64,000 nt of DNA. Source: an uncultured Erysipelotrichaceae bacterium. GTDB taxonomy: Bacteria; Bacillota_I; Bacilli_A; RFN20; CAG-826. A program made the translations under genes and the position numbers. The stretch's first letter is position 1. Each line of letters opens with the position of its first letter. The notes under the pieces are model-generated. The model did no database searches, was not told the DNA's origin, and worked only from the letters and a program-made list of their open reading frames with translations. Positions 20,268 to 30,234 of the stretch are shown here, piece after piece. The stretch is from contig CADBIO010000001.1 of the NCBI GenBank assembly GCA_902794835.1, forward strand, positions 23,174 to 87,173, written 5' to 3'.

Positions 20268-22136
20268 TTATATTTTCTCGATGAAATCGAAAACCTGATT
20301 TACCGAAACGCCACAAAGAATCTCTTGATTTTTCACGGAATCGTGTTGGATGAAAGAATTCGGCAAGGCAAAAACTTTTATCGGCTTACCGAATTGATTC
20401 TCTAATAAGTATTTTTCTACCGATTCCGCAAATCCATTTTCCGTCCCATAAGCGTCGTAAATGATTACCTCACTGGCAGGAAGAATTTTCTTCACGGATT
20501 CTTCGTCGATTGGATTCAAAAACAAAGGGTTAATCAAAGTTCCGTCGAATCCCGCTTTTTGCAAGAGCTCGAAAAGCTCGTGCCCATGTGGCCCAACGGC
20601 AATGATTGCCGGACGGTTTTCTTTGATTTCGCCAAGAAATTTCCATTTCAGGAAATGAATGCTTTCGGGGGCGATGTTTTCTTTGACCGTGTTGAGGGAA
20701 TGAGGATAACGGATGGCGAAGACGCCATGTCCTTTTTCTAACGAAAGATTCATCAATCCTTGAGCTTCTTCAAATGTCGATGGCATCGTGACAATCACGT
20801 TTGGAATGCTTTTAAGGAAAGCTTCATCGTAGATGCCCATATGGGTTTCGCCGTATTTGCCACAAAGACCCGCTCTTTCGATCAACAAAGTCATGTCGGC
20901 ATTGATTCTGGCGCAATCGTGGCTGATTTCGTCATAGGCGCGTTGTAAAAAAGTAGAATAGATACAAAGAATCGGATGGTATCCTGTCAAGGACAACGCC
21001 CCAGCGAAGGTCGCTGCATGCTCTTCGGCGATGCCAACGTCAAAGCAACGTTCCCGGAAATCGGCAAAACAGTTCTCCAAATGGCTGCCTTTCATCATCG
21101 CAGGACAAATTAATAAGGCGTCATCGTGAGTTTTTAAAGCTTCGTAAGTTTGATCGCCCATAAAATGGGACCAGGAGATCTCGCCTGGGTGAAGATGGAG
21201 AGGTCCACCGCTTTTCACATCAAAAGGCGTGACCGAATGCCAATAGCCGTTTTCGTCTTTTTCGGCAGGACCATAGCCTTTTCCTTTATTGGTGTAGACA
21301 TGGATGACAACAGATTTTGTGGCGTTTTCCGCTCGTTTAAAAGCTTTCTCCAACGCTTTGATATTGTGACCATCGACAGGTCCAACATAAGTAAAACCCA
21401 TATTGTCAAACATCGTGGTCGGAACCAAGATTTGCTTCGTTTTCCGTTTCAGGAAGGATGAAAAAGAATAGATTCCCCTGCCGATTGCCGTTCGGTACAT
21501 GACACGGCGATAAGAAGATTTGAATCGGTTATAGCCCCTTGCGGTCGAGATTTTGCGGAAAAAATCGCCCAAACTGCCCACTGGCCTTCCAATCGACATA
21601 TCGTTGTCGTTGAGAATAATGATGATTTTGTTTTTCCGAGTGCCGATATTGTTGAGGGCCTCAAAAGAAAGACCGTTGGCAATTGCAGCATCGCCGATTA
21701 AGGCAATGACATTGTGCTTTTCGCCTTTCAAATCCCTGGCGATGGCAAAAGCTTGCGCAGCCGAAAGGGAGGTCGAGCTATGCCCGGCTTCGAAACAATC
21801 GTATTCTGATTCCGAACGTTTAATAAAACCGGAGATGCCATCGGCACAATTGAGCTTTTCAAGGTTCCTTCCGGTAAGGATTTTGTGGGCGTAGCATTGG
21901 TGTCCGACGTCAAAAATCAATTTATCATTGGGAAAATCAAAGAAACGGTATAAAGCAACCGTCAGTTCAACAACCCCAAGATTGCTTGCCAGATGGCCGC
22001 CGAATTGTGAAGTTTCTTTGATGATTTCCTTACGGATGTCTTCGCATAGCAAATTTAAAGATGGGTATCCAAGTTTTTTAACCACACTTGGATCTTTGAT
22101 CTTTTTGATGTCGATATGTTCAATTTCCTTAGTCAT
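20268..22136 (-). CDS. dxs: 1-deoxy-D-xylulose-5-phosphate synthase
   Basis: TPP-binding GGHLASNLGVVELTVAL and transketolase-like domains. The start was chosen at MTKEIEHIDIKKIKDP by alignment with B. subtilis Dxs. The ORF track extends the ORF 10 codons further, to 22166. Confidence 0.85.
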   Translation of the reverse strand: MTKEIEHIDIKKIKDPSVVKKLGYPSLNLLCEDIRKEIIKETSQFGGHLASNLGVVELTVALYRFFDFPNDKLIFDVGHQCYAHKILTGRNLEKLNCADGISGFIKRSESEYDCFEAGHSSTSLSAAQAFAIARDLKGEKHNVIALIGDAAIANGLSFEALNNIGTRKNKIIIILNDNDMSIGRPVGSLGDFFRKISTARGYNRFKSSYRRVMYRTAIGRGIYSFSSFLKRKTKQILVPTTMFDNMGFTYVGPVDGHNIKALEKAFKRAENATKSVVIHVYTNKGKGYGPAEKDENGYWHSVTPFDVKSGGPLHLHPGEISWSHFMGDQTYEALKTHDDALLICPAMMKGSHLENCFADFRERCFDVGIAEEHAATFAGALSLTGYHPILCIYSTFLQRAYDEISHDCARINADMTLLIERAGLCGKYGETHMGIYDEAFLKSIPNVIVTMPSTFEEAQGLMNLSLEKGHGVFAIRYPHSLNTVKENIAPESIHFLKWKFLGEIKENRPAIIAVGPHGHELFELLQKAGFDGTLINPLFLNPIDEESVKKILPASEVIIYDAYGTENGFAESVEKYLLENQFGKPIKVFALPNSFIQHDSVKNQEILCGVSVNQVFDFIEKI

Positions 22137-22179
22137 AAAAAGAACTAAATAACTACTAAAATACAACCACTACAAACAA

Positions 22180-22389
22180 TTATTTATCCGATGGTATCTT
22201 ATGTTCTTCGATTTTCTTCTCAGCTTCGTCCAAAGTTGCCTGTAAATCTTTGACCAAAGCCATTCCTTCTTCATAAAGTTTCAGAGATTCTTCCAAAGGA
22301 AGCGTTGAATTTTCCACGCGTTCAACGATTTCGTTCAGGCGATTCAGTTTTTCTTCGAATGCTGGTTCTTGTTTCTTTTCCATCGTCAT
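22180..22389 (-). CDS. xseB: exodeoxyribonuclease VII small subunit
   Basis: 69-aa coiled-coil protein directly after xseA. Confidence 0.85.
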   Translation of the reverse strand: MTMEKKQEPAFEEKLNRLNEIVERVENSTLPLEESLKLYEEGMALVKDLQATLDEAEKKIEEHKIPSDK

Positions 22390-23594
22390 TCCCCCTCTGT
22401 AACTTTCGAAACGATTATACCATCTTTTAATTTGGTTTTTAGGGTTTGTCCCGGCTTTACGTTTTTAGCCGATGTTATCGCCATTCCTGATTCATCCATG
22501 GTCAATGAATAGCCTCGTTTGATGACGTTTTCTGGATTAATCGACTTAAGGCGGGCCTCTAAGGATTCGATTCGTTTGATTTTCAATTCCAATCGATGGC
22601 GCATCGCCAACTCAAGGCTTTCTTTAAGATGAGTAACGTCGGCGCTCGTTCTTTGATACATTGAACCTGGATTTTGGAAGAAAGGACGACTGGATATCGA
22701 TTTCAATTTATCCCGATAATTGCTCAGCTTTGTCTTGATTTTGCTCTTTAATTGATCTTCGCAATTCAACAATTGTTCGCGGATTTCTTCTTGATCGGGG
22801 GTCGCCGCTTCTGCCGCTCCTGTTGGGGTAGAGACCCTTAAATCTGAAACGTAATCAATCAATGTTATATCGATCTCATGCCCTACGGCAGAGATCGTTG
22901 GGATTTTGCAAGCGGCCAACGTGCGGACCAATTGTTCGTCATTAAAGGCAGAAAGGTCTTCGTTTGAGCCTCCGCCACGAGCGACGATCAAAGTGTCGAT
23001 CGGATATGTTTGGGCCTTCAAAATGGCCTTTATGACGCTTTTGGGGGCATCTGCGCCTTGAACCTGCGCTGGAAAGTCATAGATATCTGCCAGAGGCCAG
23101 CGTCTTTTGATGTTTCTTAATAGATCGGCTTCTGCCGCACTGTCGCGCCCCACGATAATTCCAATGGCCTTTGGGAATCTTGGAATCGCCCTTTTGCGTG
23201 ATGGGTCAAATAGCCCTTCGGCAGCAAGTTTCTTTTTCAGGGCTTCTAACGCTAATAACGCGGCGCCTTGTCCGAAAAGCTGAAGGTTTCGGACTTGAAG
23301 GCTATAACGCCCTCTTGGGGCATAGACAGAGATGTTGCCATAAGCAATCACTTCATCTCCATCTTTCGGTTCGAAGGTTAAATAAAGCAAAGAATCAGAC
23401 CAAATCGTGCAAGAAAGGACGCTCCCTTTCCCGTCGACCAAATCGAAAAATACTCCGCTTCGGTATCGTTTCCAATTGGAAATCTCGCCTTTGACGGTAA
23501 GATCGCGCAAATCGGAATCCCCTTCCAATTTATATTTGATCAACGTGTTGACCGTGGTGACGGTAAGATAAGGAAGATTTTGTCTTTCAGGCAT
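22386..23594 (-). CDS. xseA: exodeoxyribonuclease VII large subunit
   Basis: OB-fold N-terminus plus catalytic domain. 402 aa. Overlaps xseB by 4 bp and nusB by 8 bp. Confidence 0.85.
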   Translation of the reverse strand: MPERQNLPYLTVTTVNTLIKYKLEGDSDLRDLTVKGEISNWKRYRSGVFFDLVDGKGSVLSCTIWSDSLLYLTFEPKDGDEVIAYGNISVYAPRGRYSLQVRNLQLFGQGAALLALEALKKKLAAEGLFDPSRKRAIPRFPKAIGIIVGRDSAAEADLLRNIKRRWPLADIYDFPAQVQGADAPKSVIKAILKAQTYPIDTLIVARGGGSNEDLSAFNDEQLVRTLAACKIPTISAVGHEIDITLIDYVSDLRVSTPTGAAEAATPDQEEIREQLLNCEDQLKSKIKTKLSNYRDKLKSISSRPFFQNPGSMYQRTSADVTHLKESLELAMRHRLELKIKRIESLEARLKSINPENVIKRGYSLTMDESGMAITSAKNVKPGQTLKTKLKDGIIVSKVTEGE

Positions 23595-24000
23595 TTTTCA
23601 CCAGCACCTTGTCCAAAATCGCGTTAACGAAGCCTTTGGCTTTGGCGTCGAGATATTCTTTGGCGAATTCGACGGCGACATTGATGACGATTTTCCTATC
23701 GGTGTCTTCGATTCCGTAGAAATAATGGCAATAAGAGAAAAGCAACAAAGCCTGTTCAAGGTGATCTAAGCGAGACCAAACCCAGCCTCTCATGTGCTTT
23801 TCATAGACAGGAATGATCTCTTGCATGTGCTTAAGCGCGGCAATGGTCATTCTCTTGATGAAGGGGTCAACCTTTTCATAAGGGGCACCGCAAATCCCGG
23901 AAATCATGCTTTCAAGGTCAACGACCTTCCCCATCTCCGTGTAGAGAATCACGTCGTAAATGACGAATATGGTTTTTTCTTCTGCTTCTTTCCGTTTCAT
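23587..24000 (-). CDS. nusB: transcription antitermination factor NusB
   Basis: 137-aa all-helical NusB fold. Directly abuts xseA, with no folD in between. Confidence 0.85.
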   Translation of the reverse strand: MKRKEAEEKTIFVIYDVILYTEMGKVVDLESMISGICGAPYEKVDPFIKRMTIAALKHMQEIIPVYEKHMRGWVWSRLDHLEQALLLFSYCHYFYGIEDTDRKIVINVAVEFAKEYLDAKAKGFVNAILDKVLVKNA

Positions 24001-24040
24001 GGTTGCAAATTCCTAATAAAAGATCAACGTCCCTTTAAGA

Positions 24041-24673
24041 TTGGGAACGCAAAAAGTTTACCCCAAAAGTGTGCGCATTACGAGTGTAAACTGCAGGAAA
24101 AACGGAAAAACAGGAGAAAAGCCACGCCTGTCCCGTTTTCCTTGGAGCCAAGCGTTCTCTGATTGGCACAGAATATGGCCAAAATCGTGCGACAAAGTAA
24201 CCAAAGCCAAACATCATGCGATACATTTAGGCACTAGTTACGAGTTTTTCATCAAACATTTCGTTAACGGTTTTTTCAATGCGACGGCGATATGCGATCC
24301 TTTGGGAAACGCTAATAATATCACCGATGAAATTTGGAATTCCCAAGCCAGCGCTTTTCATTCTTTAAGCGATTTCGCCCAAGCCACATTGATCAATAAA
24401 ACTTATACCTATGGTTCCACCGATGGGGATAGCGTTGGGGCGGCCATGGAACGATATGACTACATCATTTCGAAATACGGAACTTCGACATTCTCCGATT
24501 TTATCGGCAGAATCGAAGCTGGAACCAGGCAAGATCATTATTCTTTTTCGACGATGGACCGCTTCTTCGAACGAAGCTTTGATGTTTCTCAGGCGGTCTT
24601 TATCGGCGCGGCGATCGTCGTCACCGGTCTCTTTGTCACAACTTTCGTGATCAAAAAGAAAAAGAAGAATTGA
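24041..24673 (+). CDS. hypothetical tail-anchored membrane protein; start uncertain (TTG at 24041, first in-frame ATG at 24446)
   Basis: Only long ORF in the 770-bp gap between asp23 and nusB. Ends in a predicted TM helix plus KKKKKN. Followed by its own terminator hairpin. No recognisable homology. Confidence 0.3.
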   Translation: MGTQKVYPKSVRITSVNCRKNGKTGEKPRLSRFPWSQAFSDWHRIWPKSCDKVTKAKHHAIHLGTSYEFFIKHFVNGFFNATAICDPLGNANNITDEIWNSQASAFHSLSDFAQATLINKTYTYGSTDGDSVGAAMERYDYIISKYGTSTFSDFIGRIEAGTRQDHYSFSTMDRFFERSFDVSQAVFIGAAIVVTGLFVTTFVIKKKKKN

Positions 24674-24701
24674 ACCAACTTCTTCTTTGCTTTTCAATTC
24701 A

Positions 24702-24756
24702 AACACATTAAAGCGCCCCCGATTCCAATCTTCGGATTCGAGGGCGTTTCGTTTTA
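24702..24756 (+). terminator. imperfect bidirectional terminator between convergent ORF 24041-24673 and the asp23-family gene
   Basis: About 14-bp imperfect stem GCGCCCCCGATTCC...GGATTCGAGGGCGT followed by TTCGTTTT. Confidence 0.45.
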
Positions 24757-24772
24757 AGGTGTTAGGGTTTTG

Positions 24773-25120
24773 TCAGCCGATGGCGGAAACTTTGACTTGA
24801 ACGGTGAAAGGAACTGTTTCACACATCATCATGATGGAATCGGCGACGCTATTTTGGATGTCGGCGCACACTTCCGTGACCGAGACCCCTTTTTTGATGG
24901 TGACATCCACGGAGATATCTACTTTTCCGTCCTTGCGGAAAGCGACTTGAACCGGATTGGCCATCTGAAAAAGAGAAATGGCTTTCTTCCCTTTTCTTCT
25001 GACGGTAGCCCCAGCCACATGATTGGTGGCAAGTTCGGCAATCCTCGTAAAAGATTTGCGCGAAATGCCCACAATTCCGTAATTGCTATAATTGTTCAAA
25101 TAGTAATAATCGCGGCTCAT
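24773..25120 (-). CDS. Asp23/Gls24-family envelope stress protein (alkaline shock protein)
   Basis: 115 aa with the family signature. Same position as B. subtilis yqhY upstream of nusB. Confidence 0.8.
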   Translation of the reverse strand: MSRDYYYLNNYSNYGIVGISRKSFTRIAELATNHVAGATVRRKGKKAISLFQMANPVQVAFRKDGKVDISVDVTIKKGVSVTEVCADIQNSVADSIMMMCETVPFTVQVKVSAIG

Positions 25121-25129
25121 GGGAATATT

Positions 25130-27097
25130 TTACTCGCCCTTGACAATCGCTTCAACTTTCTTGGCCACTTCTTCTGGGGTGAATCCGAAATAGGCCATGA
25201 CCGCATCAGCTGGGCCGCTTCGACCATATTCGTCGAGAGAGATGACATGGTCGGCATATTTATACCAAGTGTCCCCCGCAGCCATTTCGATGGCAATTCG
25301 CTTTGAGCGAGGCAAAGAGAGAACCTTTTGCTTCTCTTCTTTGTTCAAACGGTCGAAACGATTCGTCGAAGGCATGGAGACGACTTCGATGGAAATCCCT
25401 TTTTCGGATAAGTCTTTTTGAACGGCGATGGCTAAAGAAACCTCACTGCCAGAAGCGATGATTTGCCATTCTGCTTGCGTTTTGGCCTTAGAAATCACAT
25501 AACCGCCTTGGGCAACGGCTTCTTCGCTAGATCCTTCTTCCAAAGGAAGATTCTGTCGGGTCAAAATCAAAGCGGTTGGATGATCTTTGCTTGCCAGGGC
25601 CAGTTTCCAAGCACCGAACATCTCGCGATCATCCGCTGGACGAATGACGTCCATACCCGGGATGGTGCGTAACATCGCCAATTGCTCGATTGGCTCATGC
25701 GTCGGGCCATCTTCCCCAACGGCGATGCTATCGTGAGAAAGCAAATAGATGGCAGGCACTTGTTCTAAGCAAGCCATGCGGATGGCGTTTTTAAAATAGT
25801 CGGCGAAAACTAAGAAACTGCCGATATAAGGGATTAATCCACCATGCAGGAGAATGCCATTTTGAATGGCGGCCATGGCAAATTCGCGGATTCCGAAGTT
25901 GATGTTTTTGGCATCGCGATGTTCGAAAGAGAACCCTGGATCGCCAGGAATGGCAGTTTTTACCGAGGAGGCCACGTCAGCGCTGCCCCCGAAAGTGAAC
26001 GGAACAGCCTCAACAAGGCGATGTAAGAAACGCTCCGAGGCGTTGCGAGTGGCTTCGCTTTCTTTGAGTTCTGGAGAAATCAAATCGTAACCATCGATGT
26101 TTCTGGCGAAGGCGTTGTTGAAATCTTGGAAGGCTTGGAGATGATCTTCGGCATAAGCGAGAATCTCTTTTTTATAGGCCTTAAAAGCGTTTTCGCCACG
26201 GGCAACAAAGCTGTCTCTAAGTTCTTGATAGACTTCTTCCGGGACGCTGAATTCCGGATAAGAATAGCCGAAGGCGGCTTTTGTCGCTTTCACATCATCG
26301 GCTTTTAACGGAGAGCCATGGGTCTTGTGAGATCCGGCATTCTGGCTGCCATAGCCAATCACCGTATGGACAAGAATCATCGTCGGTTTCGAGGATTTCT
26401 TGGCTGCGCTTAAAGCGAGGTTGATGGCTTCTATATCGTTTCCATCTTCCACTTCCAAAACATTCCATTCCGCCGCCTCGAAACGCTTTTTCTCATCCTC
26501 TGTCATCGAATTGGAAGTCGGTCCATCCAAAGTCGAGGTGTTTTCGTCATAAATGAGGATCAGCTTATTGAGTTTCAGATGACCCGCCAAGGAAATGGCT
26601 TCTTGGGAAATGCCCTCTTCTAAACAACCATCGCCACAAAGGCAGTACGTGTAATGGTTCATCAAGCGTTCGCCTTCTGGATAAGAGGCGCGGATTTTTT
26701 CTTCCGCCATGGCCATGCCGACAGCTTGGCCAATGCCTTGCCCAAGAGGGCCCGCTGTCGCATCCACCCCTGCGGTCAAGCCGACTTCTGGGTGGCCTGG
26801 GGTCCGGGAATTGAGTTGTCTGAATTGTTTCAAATCATCGATGGTTACGTCATAGCCGGCAACATGAAGCATGGCGTAGAGGAGAGCGCTGTTATGGCCG
26901 CTAGAAAGGATGAAACGGTCGCGATTGATCCATTTTGGGTTCTTTGGATCGGCAACAAGATGATATTTGAATAAAGCATACATCGCCGGAGCGATATCGA
27001 GCGCCATTCCTGGATGGCCGCTGTTAGCCTTGGTGATCTCATCCAAAAGAAGGCATCGGATGGCGCTGACGGCTAATTGATCGATTTTGGAATTCAT
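25130..27097 (-). CDS. tkt: transketolase
   Basis: Full-length 655-aa transketolase with TPP-binding GDG and histidine motifs. Confidence 0.9.
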   Translation of the reverse strand: MNSKIDQLAVSAIRCLLLDEITKANSGHPGMALDIAPAMYALFKYHLVADPKNPKWINRDRFILSSGHNSALLYAMLHVAGYDVTIDDLKQFRQLNSRTPGHPEVGLTAGVDATAGPLGQGIGQAVGMAMAEEKIRASYPEGERLMNHYTYCLCGDGCLEEGISQEAISLAGHLKLNKLILIYDENTSTLDGPTSNSMTEDEKKRFEAAEWNVLEVEDGNDIEAINLALSAAKKSSKPTMILVHTVIGYGSQNAGSHKTHGSPLKADDVKATKAAFGYSYPEFSVPEEVYQELRDSFVARGENAFKAYKKEILAYAEDHLQAFQDFNNAFARNIDGYDLISPELKESEATRNASERFLHRLVEAVPFTFGGSADVASSVKTAIPGDPGFSFEHRDAKNINFGIREFAMAAIQNGILLHGGLIPYIGSFLVFADYFKNAIRMACLEQVPAIYLLSHDSIAVGEDGPTHEPIEQLAMLRTIPGMDVIRPADDREMFGAWKLALASKDHPTALILTRQNLPLEEGSSEEAVAQGGYVISKAKTQAEWQIIASGSEVSLAIAVQKDLSEKGISIEVVSMPSTNRFDRLNKEEKQKVLSLPRSKRIAIEMAAGDTWYKYADHVISLDEYGRSGPADAVMAYFGFTPEEVAKKVEAIVKGE

Positions 27098-27168
27098 AAG
27101 TCATCTCCTTTAAATTAGTAGTTATTTAGTTTATATATAGTTTATCCTATTATCGTAGATAATAGACA

Positions 27169-28899
27169 CTACTCTTTCTTGATTTCGATACCAACGGCGT
27201 CAAGAGCTTCGTCTGCCACGGAAGATGGAGCTTTTGACATTGGATCGACGGCTTGCAAATTCTTCGGGAAGGCGCTGACGTCGCGAATATTCTCCGTCCC
27301 ACAAAGAATCATGCAAAGACGGTCTAAGCCTAAGGCAAATCCTGCGTGTGGCGGAACGCCATATCGGAAGGCTCTTAAGAACCAGCCGAATTTGCGTTCG
27401 ACGTCTTCTTCCGACAAACCAAGAAGTCGGAAAATCTTCCATTGGGTGTCGTGGTCGTAAATTCTCAGGGTTCCACCGCCGGCTTCATAGCCATTGATGA
27501 CGATATCATAAGCGTATGCCAGGACTTTTTCTGGGTCTGTGTCAAGCAAGGGCAAATCTTCATCGCGAGGTCTAGTGAATGGATGATGTTCGGCAGAATA
27601 TTGGTCTGTTCCCTCAATTCGATCGAACATCGGGAAATTGACAACCCAGAGCAAATCGTAAGTCCCAGGTTGAATCAGTCCCATTTCTTTGGCAAACAGA
27701 GTGCGTAACGCCCCCAAGCCAAAGTCGATGTCTCTTCGGTCATTGCTGGAGGCAAAGACGAGCAAATCATCTTCTTTTAGTTTCAATTGTTCGATAAGTT
27801 TCTCCTGCAACTCTTGGGAGAGGAACTTAACGAAGGAACCATCGAGTTTTCCATTTTCGAATTTCAGTGTTAAAACGCCTTTTAAGCGGAATTTTCTAGC
27901 TTCGGAGGAAAGAAGGTCCACTTTCTTGCGGCTGGTTTCTTTCCCTTTCCTTGGAACGACGATGCCTTTGACATATTTAGCATCGGCAAAGCCGGCGAAA
28001 TCGCTCTGTTTCATGATTTCGCTTAAATCCTGAAGCAAAAGGCCATAACGGGTGTCTGGTTTATCCGACCCATAAAGGTCCATCGCATCCCAGAAATTCA
28101 TTCTTCTTAAAGGAAGAGAGATATCCACGCCAGCGATTTCTTTGAAATAACGTTGGAGCATCCCTTCGCAAAGGGTAAGGACCTGGTCTTGGTCCATGAA
28201 AGAGGTTTCCACGTCGATTTGAGTGAATTCCGGCTGTCTGTCGGCACGGAGGTCCTCATCGCGGAAACACTTGGCGATTTGATAATAACGCTCGATGCCG
28301 CCAATCATCAACAGCTGTTTGAAAAGTTGAGGGGATTGAGGCAAGGCATAGAAAGAGCCATGGTGAAGTCGGGAAGGAACGAGATAATCTCTTGCCCCTT
28401 CTGGGGTGGCCAAATCTAAGATTGGCGTCTCCACTTCCAGAAAACGATTCGCATCGAGATATTCGTGAGTGATTTTGACGATTTTCGCTCTGGTGCGGAG
28501 GTTCTTTAACATGCAAGGACGCCTTAAATCAAGATAACGGTATTCTAAACGAGTATCTTCCAGGGCGTCGGTTTTGTCGGCGATGATAAAGGGAGGATTT
28601 TCCGCTTTGTTAATGACTTTCAAATCTTCGATCACCACTTCGATTTCCCCAGTCGGGATCTTCGGGTTAGGGACTTCCTTTTTACGGACGCTTCCTTTGA
28701 CTTGGACGACATATTCATTCCGGACATCAGGGATTTTCTCTGGATCTAAGGCAATCAATTGGACGATGCCGGTGTTGTCACGCAAATCGATGAATAAAAG
28801 AGACCCTAAATTGCGGCGATTGGAAACCCAACCGACCAAAGTGACTTTTTTTCCTGCGTCTGAGACTCTTAATTCGCCATTGTAATTCGTTCGTTCCAT
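27169..28899 (-). CDS. aspS: aspartate--tRNA ligase
   Basis: Class II aaRS with N-terminal OB anticodon-binding domain. 576 aa. Confidence 0.9.
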   Translation of the reverse strand: MERTNYNGELRVSDAGKKVTLVGWVSNRRNLGSLLFIDLRDNTGIVQLIALDPEKIPDVRNEYVVQVKGSVRKKEVPNPKIPTGEIEVVIEDLKVINKAENPPFIIADKTDALEDTRLEYRYLDLRRPCMLKNLRTRAKIVKITHEYLDANRFLEVETPILDLATPEGARDYLVPSRLHHGSFYALPQSPQLFKQLLMIGGIERYYQIAKCFRDEDLRADRQPEFTQIDVETSFMDQDQVLTLCEGMLQRYFKEIAGVDISLPLRRMNFWDAMDLYGSDKPDTRYGLLLQDLSEIMKQSDFAGFADAKYVKGIVVPRKGKETSRKKVDLLSSEARKFRLKGVLTLKFENGKLDGSFVKFLSQELQEKLIEQLKLKEDDLLVFASSNDRRDIDFGLGALRTLFAKEMGLIQPGTYDLLWVVNFPMFDRIEGTDQYSAEHHPFTRPRDEDLPLLDTDPEKVLAYAYDIVINGYEAGGGTLRIYDHDTQWKIFRLLGLSEEDVERKFGWFLRAFRYGVPPHAGFALGLDRLCMILCGTENIRDVSAFPKNLQAVDPMSKAPSSVADEALDAVGIEIKKE

Positions 28900-28905
28900 A
28901 ATTGA

Positions 28906-30222
28906 TTACTCCTTTTCTTCGTGATGGTGATGTTCCTGCTCGTCGAATGGCTTCATAGCCTCGTCGAGCTCGTTTTCAAGATCGTTGAGATCGATTTCTT
29001 TTTGTTCTTTGGTTTTGAGGTTTTTCAATTGCCCAACTCCGCGTTCCAATTCGTCTTCTCCGAGAATCAAGGCGAATTTGGCCCCCCTTCTCTCGGCTTT
29101 TTTGAAGGCGCTGCCAAGTTTTCCGCTAACCAAAGGATTGTCGACAGAGAATCCTAAGGAACGGATTTCCTCAGTGATATTAAAGACATCATCAAGGACT
29201 TCTTCGCCTACCGGGATCACATAGAGGTCGATTCCCGTGTCCAATTCGGAAAGCAAGCCATCGTCTTTAGCTACGTTATAGACCCTTTCGACGCCCATTG
29301 CATAGCCAACGCCCGCCAAATCTGGGCCCCCAAGTTGCTTGACCAATCCGCCATAGTGACCTCCGCCGCATAAAGCGCCGTAATCAACGCCCGCATCGGA
29401 CAAAGCGTGGATTTCAAAGACCACCTCGGAATAATAATCAAGACCTCTTACGAGAGAATCGTCCAATTCATATTCGATTCCTAGATCGTTGATGATCGAC
29501 AACGTCTCATAGAACCGAGATTCCGAGGCTTCCGATAGGTAATCTTTGATTTTCGGCGCCCCTTTGGCGATCTCCTGGTCGTGTGGGACTTTGCAATCGA
29601 GGATTCTTAGTGGATTGAGATTAATTCTTTCATGGCAATCTTCGCACATTTCATCCAATTTCCCGGAGAAATATTCCTTTAAGGCGTTGCGGTAATTGTT
29701 GCGAGATTCCTCATCTCCGATCGAATTGATTTTGAGGCGCAAATTCTTGAATCCCAGCATATAAAGCGATTGCATGGCCATGATAATGCATTCCGCATCA
29801 GCACGAGGGCTATCGATGCCGATTTCCTCGACTCCGAATTGATGGAATTGACGATAACGCCCAAGCTGCGGCCTTTCATAACGGAAGGCTGGCCCATGAT
29901 AATAGAGCTTCAAAGGGAGATCTCCTCCTTCGGCGTACATCTTATTAGAGACGACGCTGCGGACGACGCCAGCGGTGAATTCTGGGCGCATCGTGACGGA
30001 ACGATCGCCTTTATCGTTGAAAGTGTACATTTCCTTGCGAACGATATCGCTGCTCCCGCCAGTGCCACGGGAAAAAACTTCCGTGTATTCCAATACAGGC
30101 GTCGATATGCGCTTGTAGGCATATAATTCCGCTGTCGCCGACAAGACGTCGATGACATATTGCATTCCAATCATCTCTTCGCCGAAGAGATCGTGGGTTC
30201 CTTTAACTGGTTGAAAATTCAT
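28906..30222 (-). CDS. hisS: histidine--tRNA ligase
   Basis: Class II core motifs and HisRS-specific regions. 438 aa. Confidence 0.9.
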   Translation of the reverse strand: MNFQPVKGTHDLFGEEMIGMQYVIDVLSATAELYAYKRISTPVLEYTEVFSRGTGGSSDIVRKEMYTFNDKGDRSVTMRPEFTAGVVRSVVSNKMYAEGGDLPLKLYYHGPAFRYERPQLGRYRQFHQFGVEEIGIDSPRADAECIIMAMQSLYMLGFKNLRLKINSIGDEESRNNYRNALKEYFSGKLDEMCEDCHERINLNPLRILDCKVPHDQEIAKGAPKIKDYLSEASESRFYETLSIINDLGIEYELDDSLVRGLDYYSEVVFEIHALSDAGVDYGALCGGGHYGGLVKQLGGPDLAGVGYAMGVERVYNVAKDDGLLSELDTGIDLYVIPVGEEVLDDVFNITEEIRSLGFSVDNPLVSGKLGSAFKKAERRGAKFALILGEDELERGVGQLKNLKTKEQKEIDLNDLENELDEAMKPFDEQEHHHHEEKE

Positions 30223-30234
30223 TTCTTCTTCCTC

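Noticed and set aside
24365-24706. 113-aa minus-strand ORF in the asp23-nusB gap
   Set aside because: Charged, low-complexity translation with no SD. The + strand ORF with a TM tail and its own terminator explains the region better.
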